From the NCBI GenBank assembly GCA_977862235.1, contig OZ374565.1, forward strand, positions 1,178,001 through 1,242,000: a stretch of 64,000 nucleotides of DNA, written 5' to 3'. Source of the DNA: Dudresnaya verticillata. Lineage: Eukaryota. Under the pieces are notes generated by a model that made no database searches, was not told the origin of the DNA, and was given only the letters and a program-made list of their open reading frames with translations. Position numbers and translations under genes: made by a program. Within the stretch, counting starts at the first letter, position 1, and each line of letters opens with the position of its first letter. This document shows positions 18,710-30,035 of the stretch, piece by piece.

Positions 18710-21361
18710 ATGGACGTCACTCAGATCCTCCTGTCGGCCCAGTCCGCCGACCAGGGCGTGCGCCGCGAGGCCGAGCGCGTGCTCAAGGAAGCAGAGGAGA
18801 AGAACTTCTCGGCCTATCTCGTCCGTCTCGTCGACCAGCTCGCCGGCGATGGCAACGACCCCGAGTCGCGTCGTCTCGCCGGTCTCATTGTCAAGAATGC
18901 TATCGACGCGCGAGACCCCGCCGTCAAGACCCATCTTGCCGACCGCTGGATCCATTCCGTTGACGAGCCCTCCAAGGCTCACATCCGCACCGCCCTCTTC
19001 CAGGCCCTCGCCGCCGTAGCCCCGGAGCCCCGTCGCGCCGCCGCCCAGGTCATCGCAAAGATCGCCACCATCGACCTTGCCAGAGGCGCTTGGGACTCGC
19101 TTATTACCGACTTGCTGAAGAACGCTACCTCCCCCAATTCCGCAGACCACCTTCGTCAATCTTCGCTAGAGGCTCTGGGCTATATCTGCGAAGAAGCTGC
19201 CTATGGAGAGGTTACGGACCGCCTTTTGTCTTCTCACTCTAATCAGATTCTTACCGCTGTCATTCAAGGCATGTCCTATTCGGGTTCTACAAACAGCACA
19301 GAACAGTCCGTCGCTGCAGTGCGTCTAGCCGCATGCATCTCCCTCAACAACACCTTGGAGTTTGCGCGCTCTCAGTTTGAGATCCAAGTCGAGCGCACCA
19401 CTATTGTTCAAACCGTCTGTGATTCTGCAAAGTCGGACGACCAAAATGTTCGCCAGGCTGCTTTCGAAGGCCTTGTGAAGATTGCGGAGAACTATTACGA
19501 CAAGCTCCACGAGTACATCCTCGACATTTACACTCTAACGGAAAAGGCCATTCGAAGCGATGTTGAGCCAGTAGCAATGCAGGCCATCGAATTCTGGAGT
19601 ACCGTCGCAGAGGAGGAGATCACCCTCCTGTATGATGCTGAGACAGCGAGGGAAAGTGGCGCCACACCAGACCGGGAAAGCAAGCATTTCGTTGTCCACG
19701 CCCTCCCATACCTGTCAGGGCCCATCTTTGATTGCCTGAAGAAGCAGGAGGATGACCCGCTTGACGACAACTCCTGGAACCCAGCTACTGCCGCAGGCGC
19801 CTGTCTTGAACTATTGGCACAGGCAGCGCCAGACAGTATCCTGGATTTGGTCCGGCCGTTTATTGAGACCAACATTCGAGACCAAGCAAACTGGAGGTCG
19901 AGGGAAGCCGCCATTTTGGCCTTTGGTTGTGTCCTCGAGGGTCCCCCTCTTGAGAACATCAAGCAGCTTGTACGCGAAGCTGTAGGTGTGCTGATTGAGA
20001 CTCTTGTTAAGGACCCTCATGTTGCTGTCAAGGACACCACGGCCTGGACCATTGCCCGCGTAGTAATGGTTGACAGAGACACTACCCTCTACAATCTCCC
20101 TGCCCTCATCGATTGTCTAAGGAATACGCTTGGGGCGGCAGAAAGCCCGACACTTGCATCTCACATATGCTTTGCGATGCACAACATCGCAGAACGATTT
20201 AGCGATGAGGCTGAGGATGAGGTTGGTTCTCTGCGGGATCATATTGAACCGATGCTACACAGCCTGATGCAAGCGGCGGATCGCGATGATGCCACGGAGG
20301 GACACTTGCGAATCACTGCGTACGAAGCTATCAACTCACTATTCCGTAATGTGTCAAAGGATGGCATCCCGTTTGTACACAGCTGCGTTCCAGTCTTGTT
20401 GGAAAAATTGCGGAAAACAATGGCGGCTCTGCCGCGCGCCCTCAACGAAGATGATGTTTCGGATATTCTTGAACTGCAAGGCCTTCTATGTGGCGCGCTT
20501 GCTACTGCAACGCACCGTCTCGATTCGAACCAGGTCTCTCCGTACGCAGATGCAATGATGGAAGCGTACCTGGAAGCCTTCAGAGTCAACGGTTCGGCTG
20601 CGTCCGTCGAAGAAGCTCTTCTAGCTGTTGGAGCCTTGGCGGTCGCTGCAGGGAAGGAGTTCATCCGGTACATGACACATTTCATGCCAATATTGGGACA
20701 TTCGTTAGGAAACATTGCGCATAGCCAAATTTGCTCGATTGCTGTCGGTGTCGTTGGGGAATTTTGCCGATCCCTAGGGAAGGAAATGCTGCCCTACACA
20801 GATGACATCATTCATCTCTTGCTCGAAGCGTTGAAGAGCTCCTCTCTGGACCGTGCCGTGAAGCCTCCAATTTTGTCGTGTTTTGGAGACATTGCGCTGG
20901 CACTCAAGGGCACGTTTGAAAGGTATCTCAAGCAAGTCATGGATTGTATGCGTCAAGCGGCAGAGTCCAGCGTGCGGATGGATGTGCCAACTGATGATTT
21001 TGACACGTTCGAGTGGCTTGTTTCGCTTAGGGAAGCAATTTTTGAAGCATACATTGGGATCATCAATGGACTGCGGGATGAGTCGAAGCAAGAACTGCTG
21101 ATGCCATACATCGACTGGATTGTGGCATTCTGCGAAGTGATAGTTCAGAACCCGGCAATGGGTACGCCTTTGTCGGACGACATGATCAGGCAGATCTCTT
21201 TAGTGCTTGGAGATTTGGTGGATGCCGTTCCAGTTATCAGGGAAGCTCTTTCCAAGAAGGGGTGGCTTCATGACGTGGTCGACAGAGGTTCACACGCTGC
21301 AGATGAGAGAACAAAGGAGACAGCGAAATGGGCATGGACTAGCATCTTTCAGGGCTCGTAG
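18710..21361 (+). CDS. KPNB1: Importin subunit beta-1
   Basis: MDVTQILLSAQS..., RRLAGLIVKNA, QAIEFWSTVAEEE, acidic loop KQEDDPLDDNSWN, WRSREAAILAFG, VKDTTAWTI, VKPPILSCFGDIALA; 883 aa. Confidence 0.93.
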   Translation: MDVTQILLSAQSADQGVRREAERVLKEAEEKNFSAYLVRLVDQLAGDGNDPESRRLAGLIVKNAIDARDPAVKTHLADRWIHSVDEPSKAHIRTALFQALAAVAPEPRRAAAQVIAKIATIDLARGAWDSLITDLLKNATSPNSADHLRQSSLEALGYICEEAAYGEVTDRLLSSHSNQILTAVIQGMSYSGSTNSTEQSVAAVRLAACISLNNTLEFARSQFEIQVERTTIVQTVCDSAKSDDQNVRQAAFEGLVKIAENYYDKLHEYILDIYTLTEKAIRSDVEPVAMQAIEFWSTVAEEEITLLYDAETARESGATPDRESKHFVVHALPYLSGPIFDCLKKQEDDPLDDNSWNPATAAGACLELLAQAAPDSILDLVRPFIETNIRDQANWRSREAAILAFGCVLEGPPLENIKQLVREAVGVLIETLVKDPHVAVKDTTAWTIARVVMVDRDTTLYNLPALIDCLRNTLGAAESPTLASHICFAMHNIAERFSDEAEDEVGSLRDHIEPMLHSLMQAADRDDATEGHLRITAYEAINSLFRNVSKDGIPFVHSCVPVLLEKLRKTMAALPRALNEDDVSDILELQGLLCGALATATHRLDSNQVSPYADAMMEAYLEAFRVNGSAASVEEALLAVGALAVAAGKEFIRYMTHFMPILGHSLGNIAHSQICSIAVGVVGEFCRSLGKEMLPYTDDIIHLLLEALKSSSLDRAVKPPILSCFGDIALALKGTFERYLKQVMDCMRQAAESSVRMDVPTDDFDTFEWLVSLREAIFEAYIGIINGLRDESKQELLMPYIDWIVAFCEVIVQNPAMGTPLSDDMIRQISLVLGDLVDAVPVIREALSKKGWLHDVVDRGSHAADERTKETAKWAWTSIFQGS

Positions 21362-21619
21362 GAAGGTCATCGTTCAACCAAGCAAACTAGATACTAATCT
21401 TAATTCCGAGTAGGAGTAAACAAAAGCTATAACCTAGACGCTTCCTTGCGGGAGTGATGATTTGTTCGTCCTGGCTCCGTAGAGTGCCCAGCTCGCGTTG
21501 TATTTCGGATTTGACCTCTTTGGGCCTTTAGTGTTGAGAAGTCAGGATGCAAGCCCTGCCGCTCTGACTTGCTTGATGATGCCATCTTTTTGTCGCAGAG
21601 CAAGAAAAGACCCTTCTAC

Positions 21620-24212
21620 TCATCCAGTTATCCAAGCTGCTACCGACTCGACGCACGACCCAATCCGGTCTCCTATCCGGCGTGCATTAAACCTAGCAAA
21701 CGCACGCAACGGCACAAGAAGAGCATGAGCACCCGATGGTTGCACAGCCTCAGTGTAGCAGGTGGATAACACACCATCCACGACAATGTTTCCAGTAATT
21801 GTCTGCGGGTTGTACAGTCCTTGTGCCGCAACTTCTCGAATGTTAACTACTCGGTCTGGTCGCGTGACCGGACCTCCATTCTTCATTGTCACAGTGCTCA
21901 CAACAGCTCCTTCAGATACGTCTCTGGCGCGGATGGCCTTGTCGTCTGCCCACAAGAAATGGCCTGGCGTTAGCCGCAATCGAAGACCACTTGCAGTCTC
22001 CAACTCAATAAAGATGGAAATCTTCCAGGCATCCTTGTGTGTGAAAAGGAGCACTTCCGAAAATTCTCCATTCGCAGTTAGCACTCGGTCTCCCGTAGCA
22101 AGAGAAGCCATGGGTACCTCGAGTCCACTCTCCAGCATCACCCTGGCGTCACCCGGGAAGCATGTACTCGTCCCATCCAAATCAATGGTGCTGTTTCGAT
22201 CACCACTGCCGGCTCCGCTGTTGGGGTTGTTCGGATCGAGAGCCTGTGCTCTTGACGGCGACGGCGTTGACGACCTGCTCGGAGAGGCAGAACTGCTTGG
22301 AAGAACAGTTTGAGGAGGCGTTGGTGTGAGCGTAGGTGGTAGCAACTCACTTGCACTTACCGATGGTGTGAACGTAGAAACAATGAAAGCACTCACACTT
22401 GCTGGTGGTGTAAACGTAGAAGCAATGGAGGTACTTGCGCTCACACTCGCACTTGCTGACGGCGTGAACGTAGAAGCAATGGAAGCACTTGCGCTCGCAC
22501 TTGGGCCTGCTGGTGGTATAGACGGCGTAGAGGGAGTCTTTGTAGGGCTCGCAGAGATGCTGGCTTTCGCACTTCCCAATGGAGAGGTTGAAGGAGTTGT
22601 GGAGGGCGAAGATGTCGGTGAAGATTGGGGAGATTCCGATACACTTGGAGTCGTAGATACTGATACTGTAGGTGTCACTGACGATGAGCCAGAGGGTGTT
22701 ACAGAAGATGAGAGAGAAGGTGCCATAGAAGGCGACACGGATGGTGATGCCGCAGCCGACGAAGAGGGTGTTAGAGAAGATGAGATAGAAGGTGCCATAG
22801 ATGGCGACATGGATGGAGATGCAGAAGCCGACGAAGAGGGTGTTAGAGAAGGTGAGATAGAAGGTGCCATAGATGACGACAAGGATGGTGATGCAGAAGC
22901 CGACGAAGAGGGTGTTATAGAAGATGAGATAGAAGGTGCCATAGATGGCGACACAGATGGTGATGCAGAAGCCGACGAAGAGGGTGTTATAGAAGATGAG
23001 ATAGAAGGTGCCATAGATGGCGACACAGATGGTGATGCAGAATCCGACGAAGAAGGTGTTATCGATGACGAAGCAGAAGGCGTTTCCGACGATGTAGCGG
23101 ATGGAATTGCAGAAAGAGAGGTTGATGGTGAAACAGACATTGAGTTTGAAGGTGACGGAGTTGAAGAGGTGGATGGTGTCACAGACGAAGAAATGGACGG
23201 TGTCACAGAGGCTGTTAGCGAGACCGAGGCGGAAGCGGAAATACTCGGTGTAATAGAGGAGGACGGAGACACACTTGGAGTAAGGGAAGCTGTTGCAGAA
23301 AGGCTTGCAGAAACTGTTGTGGATGGAGTTGCAGATTCAGAAGGCTGTCAGCAGAAGCCAATTATCTCGGCATACCATGGTTTGTGTTGTGCCACAATGC
23401 CGAGTACAAGGAGACAAGTTAGAATACGACAATATTTGTTCGGTATACAGGCGAAGAAGCAAAGGCTCAACAAAGACTGGACTGAAACTTACCGATGCTG
23501 TTGGGGAGTCTGAAGGGCGCGTTATGTTGTTTCGTAGGTTATCTACATCCACGTCCACACGGTAAACGCAAGTCGTTCCGTCTCGAACGGAAATCATGTA
23601 GCGAATATCTCCAACCAGCGGTAAGGAGAGGAGAACAGGCTGGCCGTTCTTAACTTTTGAAACAATGCTCAGCATAGTCGTAGAAGACTCATCAAAGAAC
23701 ATAAAGGTTTCATTCTGGCCAAACCAAGTCGACCCGCACTGTCGAGCGGAGTCGCTGACAGATACATAATATGTCTTCCCTGCAAGACTTTGCTGCAAGC
23801 CTGTGAAGAGTGTCAGAGTATCCAAGTCATCCCTAATGGCGTCCTGGAACGAGTTCAAGGCATCGCCAATGAGCTGTTCTGAATTGGTGAGCTCCAACGT
23901 TCTGTTGTCTGTACATGGTTCGGCAACTGACTCTGCAGTAGCGCCAATGCTCATGTCACTGTGAGCAATATGCAACCTGTCTCCAACCTGTACTGGCGTT
24001 CCTGCATATGTTATGAGCTCGGGGCAACTCGGTATTGATCTGCCGTGCTTGTACTGCACCATAAGGCCATACGTTGCCTGAAACTCACTTGGCGAAAAGG
24101 CTTTAACAGTCGATGCATCGAAACTCTGCTGTGCCAAGGGCCCTCCAAGCAAAGTAAGCGCAGCAAGAATCCACAGCAGTGAACTCGCAAATCCCACCCA
24201 AAGGCACATCAT
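21620..24212 (-). CDS. Secreted Hint (Hedgehog-type Hog) domain protein with mucin-like stalk; 2 exons (24212-23493, 23344-21620), about 814 aa
   Basis: Signal peptide MMCLWVGF...GGPLA. The phase-0 GTAAGT...CTAAC...CAG intron (23345-23492) joins two ORFs in frame. S/T/P stalk, then Hint domain CFPGDARV..GDRVL..LTPGH..GLYNPQT..GNIVVDGVLSTCY. Confidence 0.85.
22690..23070. repeat. 72-bp tandem repeat (about 5 copies) encoding SSSITPSSSASASPSVSPSMAPSI
   Basis: GCAGAAGCCGACGAAGAGGGTGTT recurs at 22821, 22893 and 22965, with variant copies either side. Confidence 0.9.
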
Positions 24213-26322
24213 GATGCCAGAGAAGAGAAATGGAAATGGCACTCTCGGCTTCAGTACCAGCCCTTCAGCTGGCACGAAATCGAGACTCGGCGGGGGATAG
24301 ACCTAACCTCTCCGAGGTAGTCTCAGCCGTTTGTCTACAGGTGGAGCAACGGATAGGTATGTGCGAGCAGTAGGCAAATTTTCCTCGACAATGGCAGCGG
24401 AGAGTTGTACTGAATAGCAATTCGCTCCAGGAAGAGCAAACAAAGAAAGAAAGTCGGGACGGTGATGCTTGGAGACGGAAAATGATGATGAGGGTGCCCA
24501 AGCGGCCGGGATATTCAGTGTCCCCTGACCGCAGTCAGCACCAACTGGCCTCGGCATTCATCAGAACAATAGATGGACGGGAGTCATTTTGATGGAAGGT
24601 GATGTCATTAGCGTGAGTGCATGACCGGTCGCCAACCCTGGATAGACTGATTTTGGAGGCACAGTCGCTGGTGCCGTATCTATGCCATACTCCCCAGCAA
24701 GTGTGCTCCCACCTCCGCTGGTGGTGCTTGCGAAATATTCGAAGTGGGGAGAGAGTGATGACGGTGGAGAAATTTGTAAACGGTTGTGGTGCACGTGCCT
24801 ATGTCGCGACAAACAGATGTTTGACCGCCTTTATCCCAATTCTCAACATTCACGGATACAAACGCCACATCCGTACTAGATGTGATGTATTCGTGCTCTA
24901 CAACAGTTCTAACTGCTGTAGCTAATCGTCTCTGCGTTAACCTTGGTCGCAGCGTAAAGCTCATTCAACAGTCGCTAACAAAGGCACATAACAACGGCTG
25001 CCCAAGAAGCAACCTTTAAGCTTGGCAGCTCCTATCCAAAATACCAAAGCATGTGCCTAACTGATGCGCACAGAAGTGATACGTGACCTACTCCCGGTTG
25101 ACACGAGAGCGGCCCGCCTCGTTGGGTTTGTGGTATACAGATGCTGACAAATTTGTTTGTTGTTGTCCGATGTCAGCTTGGTTGAATGCGACGCACTGCG
25201 CTCCACGTTGAGCAAGAATGCGTGGCTTCTTTTGTCAGCATGCGATGAAGAGTGGTAAAAGAAATCTTGTACAAGTGGCTGACGTGGCAGTCGATGGCAC
25301 AGATTTGAAAAGAGCAATGAAGCCCTCGTTACCCTCGGAGGTTGTTCATCAAGGACGCGAAGACTAGAATGATAGGAGTGCGAATACGATATTGCGTTTC
25401 TTTCGTTGTAATAGTAGGGTGACACCCATAGTCAGATAAGTTTTGCATGAATCAAGCTCGCTCTCGGCTAGGTTGTTTACTCAGCAACATGTCGAGAGCA
25501 ATTGCTTTCGTTGGTGGGCATAGAGAGTAGTGTTTTGAACAAGTGTAGCGATTGTGGCTGTCTGTGTAGGGGGAGGATTGCACATATGTATACCTTGAAG
25601 AGGCATTTACAGCGGGACGGAAAACGGTGATAGGAGGGGACACGGGGTGGTTTGCTCTCGCTTTGGTTCGAAGCTCGCACTTGGTGCTGCCGTATAGGAA
25701 ATATTTGCGATACGCACATGATACTGCGAAAACAGCGCAGGTGCACGGTAACATTGCTTGAAACAATTTTTCAAGTCAGCAGATAACGTCTTCTAGGTAG
25801 GGCACGGTGTACATTGTTAGAGGTTTTCCTTCCAGAAGTGCAACTGCGGAGGGAAATGGGAAGGTTGACTGATGGAAAGGATGGGATAGCGTTTTGGGAA
25901 GGCGAGCGCAGTTAACAGTAAATGTGCTATCCAATTGTTGGGCACAAACAGCTCCAACTGCGTAACGCTGGGAGACTCGGCAGGACGACCCAGAACAGTG
26001 AGCACGCAAGGGCGTTGGTGAAGGCGTTGTATTCGTTTGAAGGCAGGCAGGTGTGATTGTGATGAGAGGAGGAATGGTTTGAAACGCGGCGGCAACGGGA
26101 AGAACAGGAATGACATAGGTCTGTTTTTGAATTGGTTTCTAAGTTTTATTGATACGGATGAAATCAGCATTGAGGAGAAGAGCGAGTTGCAGTTGAGAGT
26201 CTAATAGGCATTGCTTGCACCTTTGTTTGTTGTTGTGGCAAACAAGGCATGACCAGATGTTAAAGTAGAGTTGCACAGATTGCAAGGTGTAAGATGGTTG
26301 GTGTTGTTGTTGCTGTTGATAG

Positions 26323-26584
26323 TTAATTCAGTTGGGTATGGGAAGTAAGGTTGACCAAAGGCGGGACAACAGAGACTTGAAAGGGGCTATGACTGATGCC
26401 CTTGTTGGCGGTAGCCACGTAATAGACGTCGGTATCGGACTCGGGGCAAGTCTGCTTTGCCTCGATAATAAAGCTAGTGGCGTTGGTTGCAAAGATATAG
26501 GTCCTCAAGTGGACGAGCTGAAACGAGCCTTCGTGGAGGATGCCCTCAACGGTGACATGGGTGCCGTTGGCGGGAGCGGGAGCG

Positions 26585-26622
<38 letters not shown>

Positions 26623-26913
26623 TTCGGCGTCTGCGTCCGCGTGCGCGTCGGACGTCGAGGACATTATCGGGGCCGACGTGATCTGCCAGCCCGGCAGGGC
26701 CGCGGTCTGCACGTTGTGGCACAGCGGCGGCAGCACAAACGAAAACGACGTGTGGCCGGTGCTGGCGTTGGCGCACGCCTGGTCCAGCGCGAACGTCAAC
26801 GTGTTGTAGCGGAACGGCACCACGGACGCGGGGCTCAGCGTGGCCTCTGCGCGCGCCGGGCGCGGCCGCAGCAGCAGCAGGAGCAGCGCGAGCGCGGGGA
26901 GGAGACGCGGCAT
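26323..26913 (-). CDS. Secreted protein resembling the YcnI/DUF1775 domain
   Basis: Signal peptide. Motif order TLTFALDQAC, VLPP, LPGWQIT, GILHEGSF, KQTC matches the YcnI pattern (TFRVPHGC, PGW, GxL, QxC). (AD)n insert. Confidence 0.6.
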
Positions 26914-27636
26914 GTTTGCAAGATTTCGGGCGCTTGTCTGTGCGTGCGTTGCGTCGGTCGTGCCGGGCGGGGCGCGCGGGCGAGGCGCGCTACGAGGCGG
27001 CGGGGGTTATGTTATGCCGTGCGCCTGCAGTCGCGAGAGCACGGGCGCGCGGCGCCAAGCGGGCGCGACGGCCGCGGCGGCTGGGCGCGGGGGGGAAGGG
27101 GGCGGGGAGGGGCGGGGAGGGAAGGGGGCCGGGCGCGGCGGCAATTGCAAGCGCGCCGGAGAGCGGACGCGGGGCGGGCGGTGCGGCAGCGGCGCAAGGG
27201 CCGGCGCGGCTGGCAATTGGGCGCGCGCGCGCGCCAAGTGGGCGGCGCTGCGCGCGCGCGGCGCGCACGGGCGGCCGAAAAATCGCGCGGATCTTTCCGG
27301 CAACGGCGGCGCGGCGGCGGAACGACTCGCGCGCGGCCCAATGGCCGCGCGCCGGCGGCGGAACGCGCGCGCGCGCAGTCGCGCGCCGCGCCGCGCTGCA
27401 GCCGATGCGCGCCGTCGCTTCGCGCGCGCCGCCGCCGTGCCATCGCGCGCATCGCGCCGCGCACCGCCGCACCCTCCGCCGCTCGCCCTTCCGTTTCCGA
27501 CGCCCCCCGCCGCCCCCGCCGCCCCCGCCTCCGCCGCCTCCGCCGCCGCCGCCGCCGCCGCCACGCCCGCTCGCCCTCCCGCTCGCCCTCCCTCCCGCCC
27601 TCCCGCCCGCTCGCAGCGGCGCATGGCACCCCGCAC

Positions 27637-29328
27637 ATGCCGCACCCACCGCCCCCGCCCCCGCACCAACACCTGCACCAGCTTCCGCCGCACCAGCAGC
27701 CCCCGCCCCCGTCCACCTCCGCGCCCGCGCACAACGCCGCCACCCATGCCGTCCCGCTCCAGCTCCCGCTCCAGCTCCCGCTCCAGCTCCCGGCCCCGCT
27801 CCCGGTCCCGGTCCCGGTGCAGCACCTCGTCGCCATCCTGCTCAAGACCGCCGCCGCACATGGTTACGCCTTCTCCACCCTGCATCTCGCCACCGCGCGC
27901 CCCGGCCCCACCCCGTACCCCACCGTCCTTGTCGACGGTGCCCCCGTTCCGCAGCCGCAAGAGCAGCCGCAGCAGCAGCAACAGCACCAACAACAACAGC
28001 TTTCGCAACCACAATCACATCCACAACCACTATCACAGCCACTGTCGCAACCACTGCCACAGCCACAACAACATCAACAACAACAACAACCGCAGCACAA
28101 CTACCACGCCTGGCCATTGCCGCCGCCGCAGTACCATCTACACCCGGCCCCGCCAGCCGCGGCCGCCGCGGCCGCGGCCGCCGCGCACTACCTCCCGGCC
28201 CAGTACTACCCAGCCGCGGCCGCCGCCGCGGCCGCCGCCGCGCCCTACTTCCAGCCGCACCCGCACGCGCAGCCGCCGCCCAACGTGTTCTGGTCCACCG
28301 TCATGCACTCGGCATCTGCGGCCGACCCATCGCTGTCCGCCGTGTCGCGCCCAGACCCCGCCGCGCTAGCCGCCGCCGCCGCCGCCGTCGCCTCGGCCCC
28401 GCCGCACGCACACGACCTCGCCGCCGCGCCAGGCACCACGGCCTACACCCTGGTCCCGGCCCCGCGCATATCCGCTTCGCCGCCGAGCATGCACCTCGCC
28501 GGTGCCCCGGTACACATGCACATGCAGGTACCGACGACGGCGCAGACCGTGGCGCCGCCGGAGCCTGCGGCGCCGGGTGGTGGTCGTGCTGCCCGCGCTG
28601 CTGCCATGGGATCTGCGACCGGGACGGTGACGACTGCGAAGGAGTATGTGTGCCCGCGGTGTTCCGCCACGTTCAAGACCAACTCGAATATGCAGAAGCA
28701 CGTGCGCACTGTGCACGACAACTGCCGGCCTTTCAAGTGCGAGCGGTGTGACGCGTCGTACGGCCACAAAAACCTTTTGGTGGAGCATGTGCGCACTGCG
28801 CACGAGGGCGAGCGGCCGTTCGTGTGCGAAACGTGCGGCGCCAAGTTTGGGCGCAGCTCCAACCTGTACAGCCACATGAAGAGCCACGACGGAAAGAGGG
28901 AGCACACGTGCAAGACGTGCCATGTGAGCTTTTCGCTGCACGGAAACATGGTCAAGCACATCAAGACTGTGCATCTCAAGCAGCGACCGTTTTCGTGCGA
29001 GGTGTGCTCCAGCCGCTTTGGGCTGAGAAGTGACCTTATGAGACATGTAAGTTTGCTTGTTTTCCTTTTTCTTGTACCACGCGATAGCGGGTGAGCAGAG
29101 AAGCGAAGACAACAGCTGACAGGTATGTGTGTGTGTGTGTAGAAACGCAACGTGCACGGGATCGTGGACAAGCAAAAAGCGGGGTCGATGACGGGGCGGA
29201 CAATAGGGTCGCGCAGCAGGGCTGACTCGGACCCAAAGGCGGAGAGGTCCGGGTCCGGGTCCGGGAGTGGGAGCGGCGGGGACGCGAGGCCCGGCGGGGA
29301 TGGGATGGGCGGTGTGGGCACGGGATGA
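27637..29328 (+). CDS. C2H2 zinc finger transcription factor, 5 fingers; 2 exons (27637-29046, 29143-29328)
   Basis: P/Q/A-rich N-terminus and five CxxC...HxxxxH/HxxxH fingers. The GTAAGT...TAG intron (29047-29142) completes the last finger as DLMRH-KRNVH. Confidence 0.85.
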
Positions 29329-30035
29329 GACAAGGCTGGCGACGGCAGCGGAGGAGCGGCGCCGTTTTCCCCGAGGCGCCGCAAGCGTCGATGTACATAG
29401 CAAGCAAGGACTGCACGGCACTACCGACTGGTCGCGGACGCGGTAAAAGCATCGCGTCGAAGGCGCCGACGTCGCGCGACGCTCGCGCGAGACGAGGCGT
29501 TTGGAAACAGCGGCTGTTTCCAAACGCCGCGGCGCGCGGCGCGATTGGCGGAAAACGCCGATCAAACGGCTCGCTGCCCGCGGCGGTCCACGCAGGCGCC
29601 AACGCCCTCTCGCGCGCGCTCGTCTTCTTCCAGCGCGCCGGCTCGTGCGCCCGCCCCATCACACCCGCCGCCCTTGCCGCCCGCCGCGCCCGCCACGCCC
29701 GTCGCGGCCGCCGCCCCGTCGCGGCCGCGCCTCCCGACGGCGGACTCCCGACGACTTGCGCCGCGCGGCCCCGCACCAAACCCCGCCGCACCGAAACGCC
29801 GTGCCGGCCCCGCCCACTCTTAAGCCCCGCCGCCGCCCTCCAACCGGGCTACTTTCCCGCCCTCCCCCGCCCTCCCTCACGCCGCCCCTGCCAACGCACA
29901 CCCGCCTTCCCTGCCCCCGTCGCCGCCGCGCTCTCAACCCGCCCTGCCTCGCCACCGTGCTCGTGCTCCCGCCGCTCACACCCCAACCATCCTCCCCGCT
30001 CGCCAACCTCCGGAGCCGATCTCCTCCTTATCACC

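Noticed and set aside
22326..23513. 395-aa acidic ORF on the + strand
   Set aside because: Antisense shadow of the S/T/P repeat stalk of the Hint gene.
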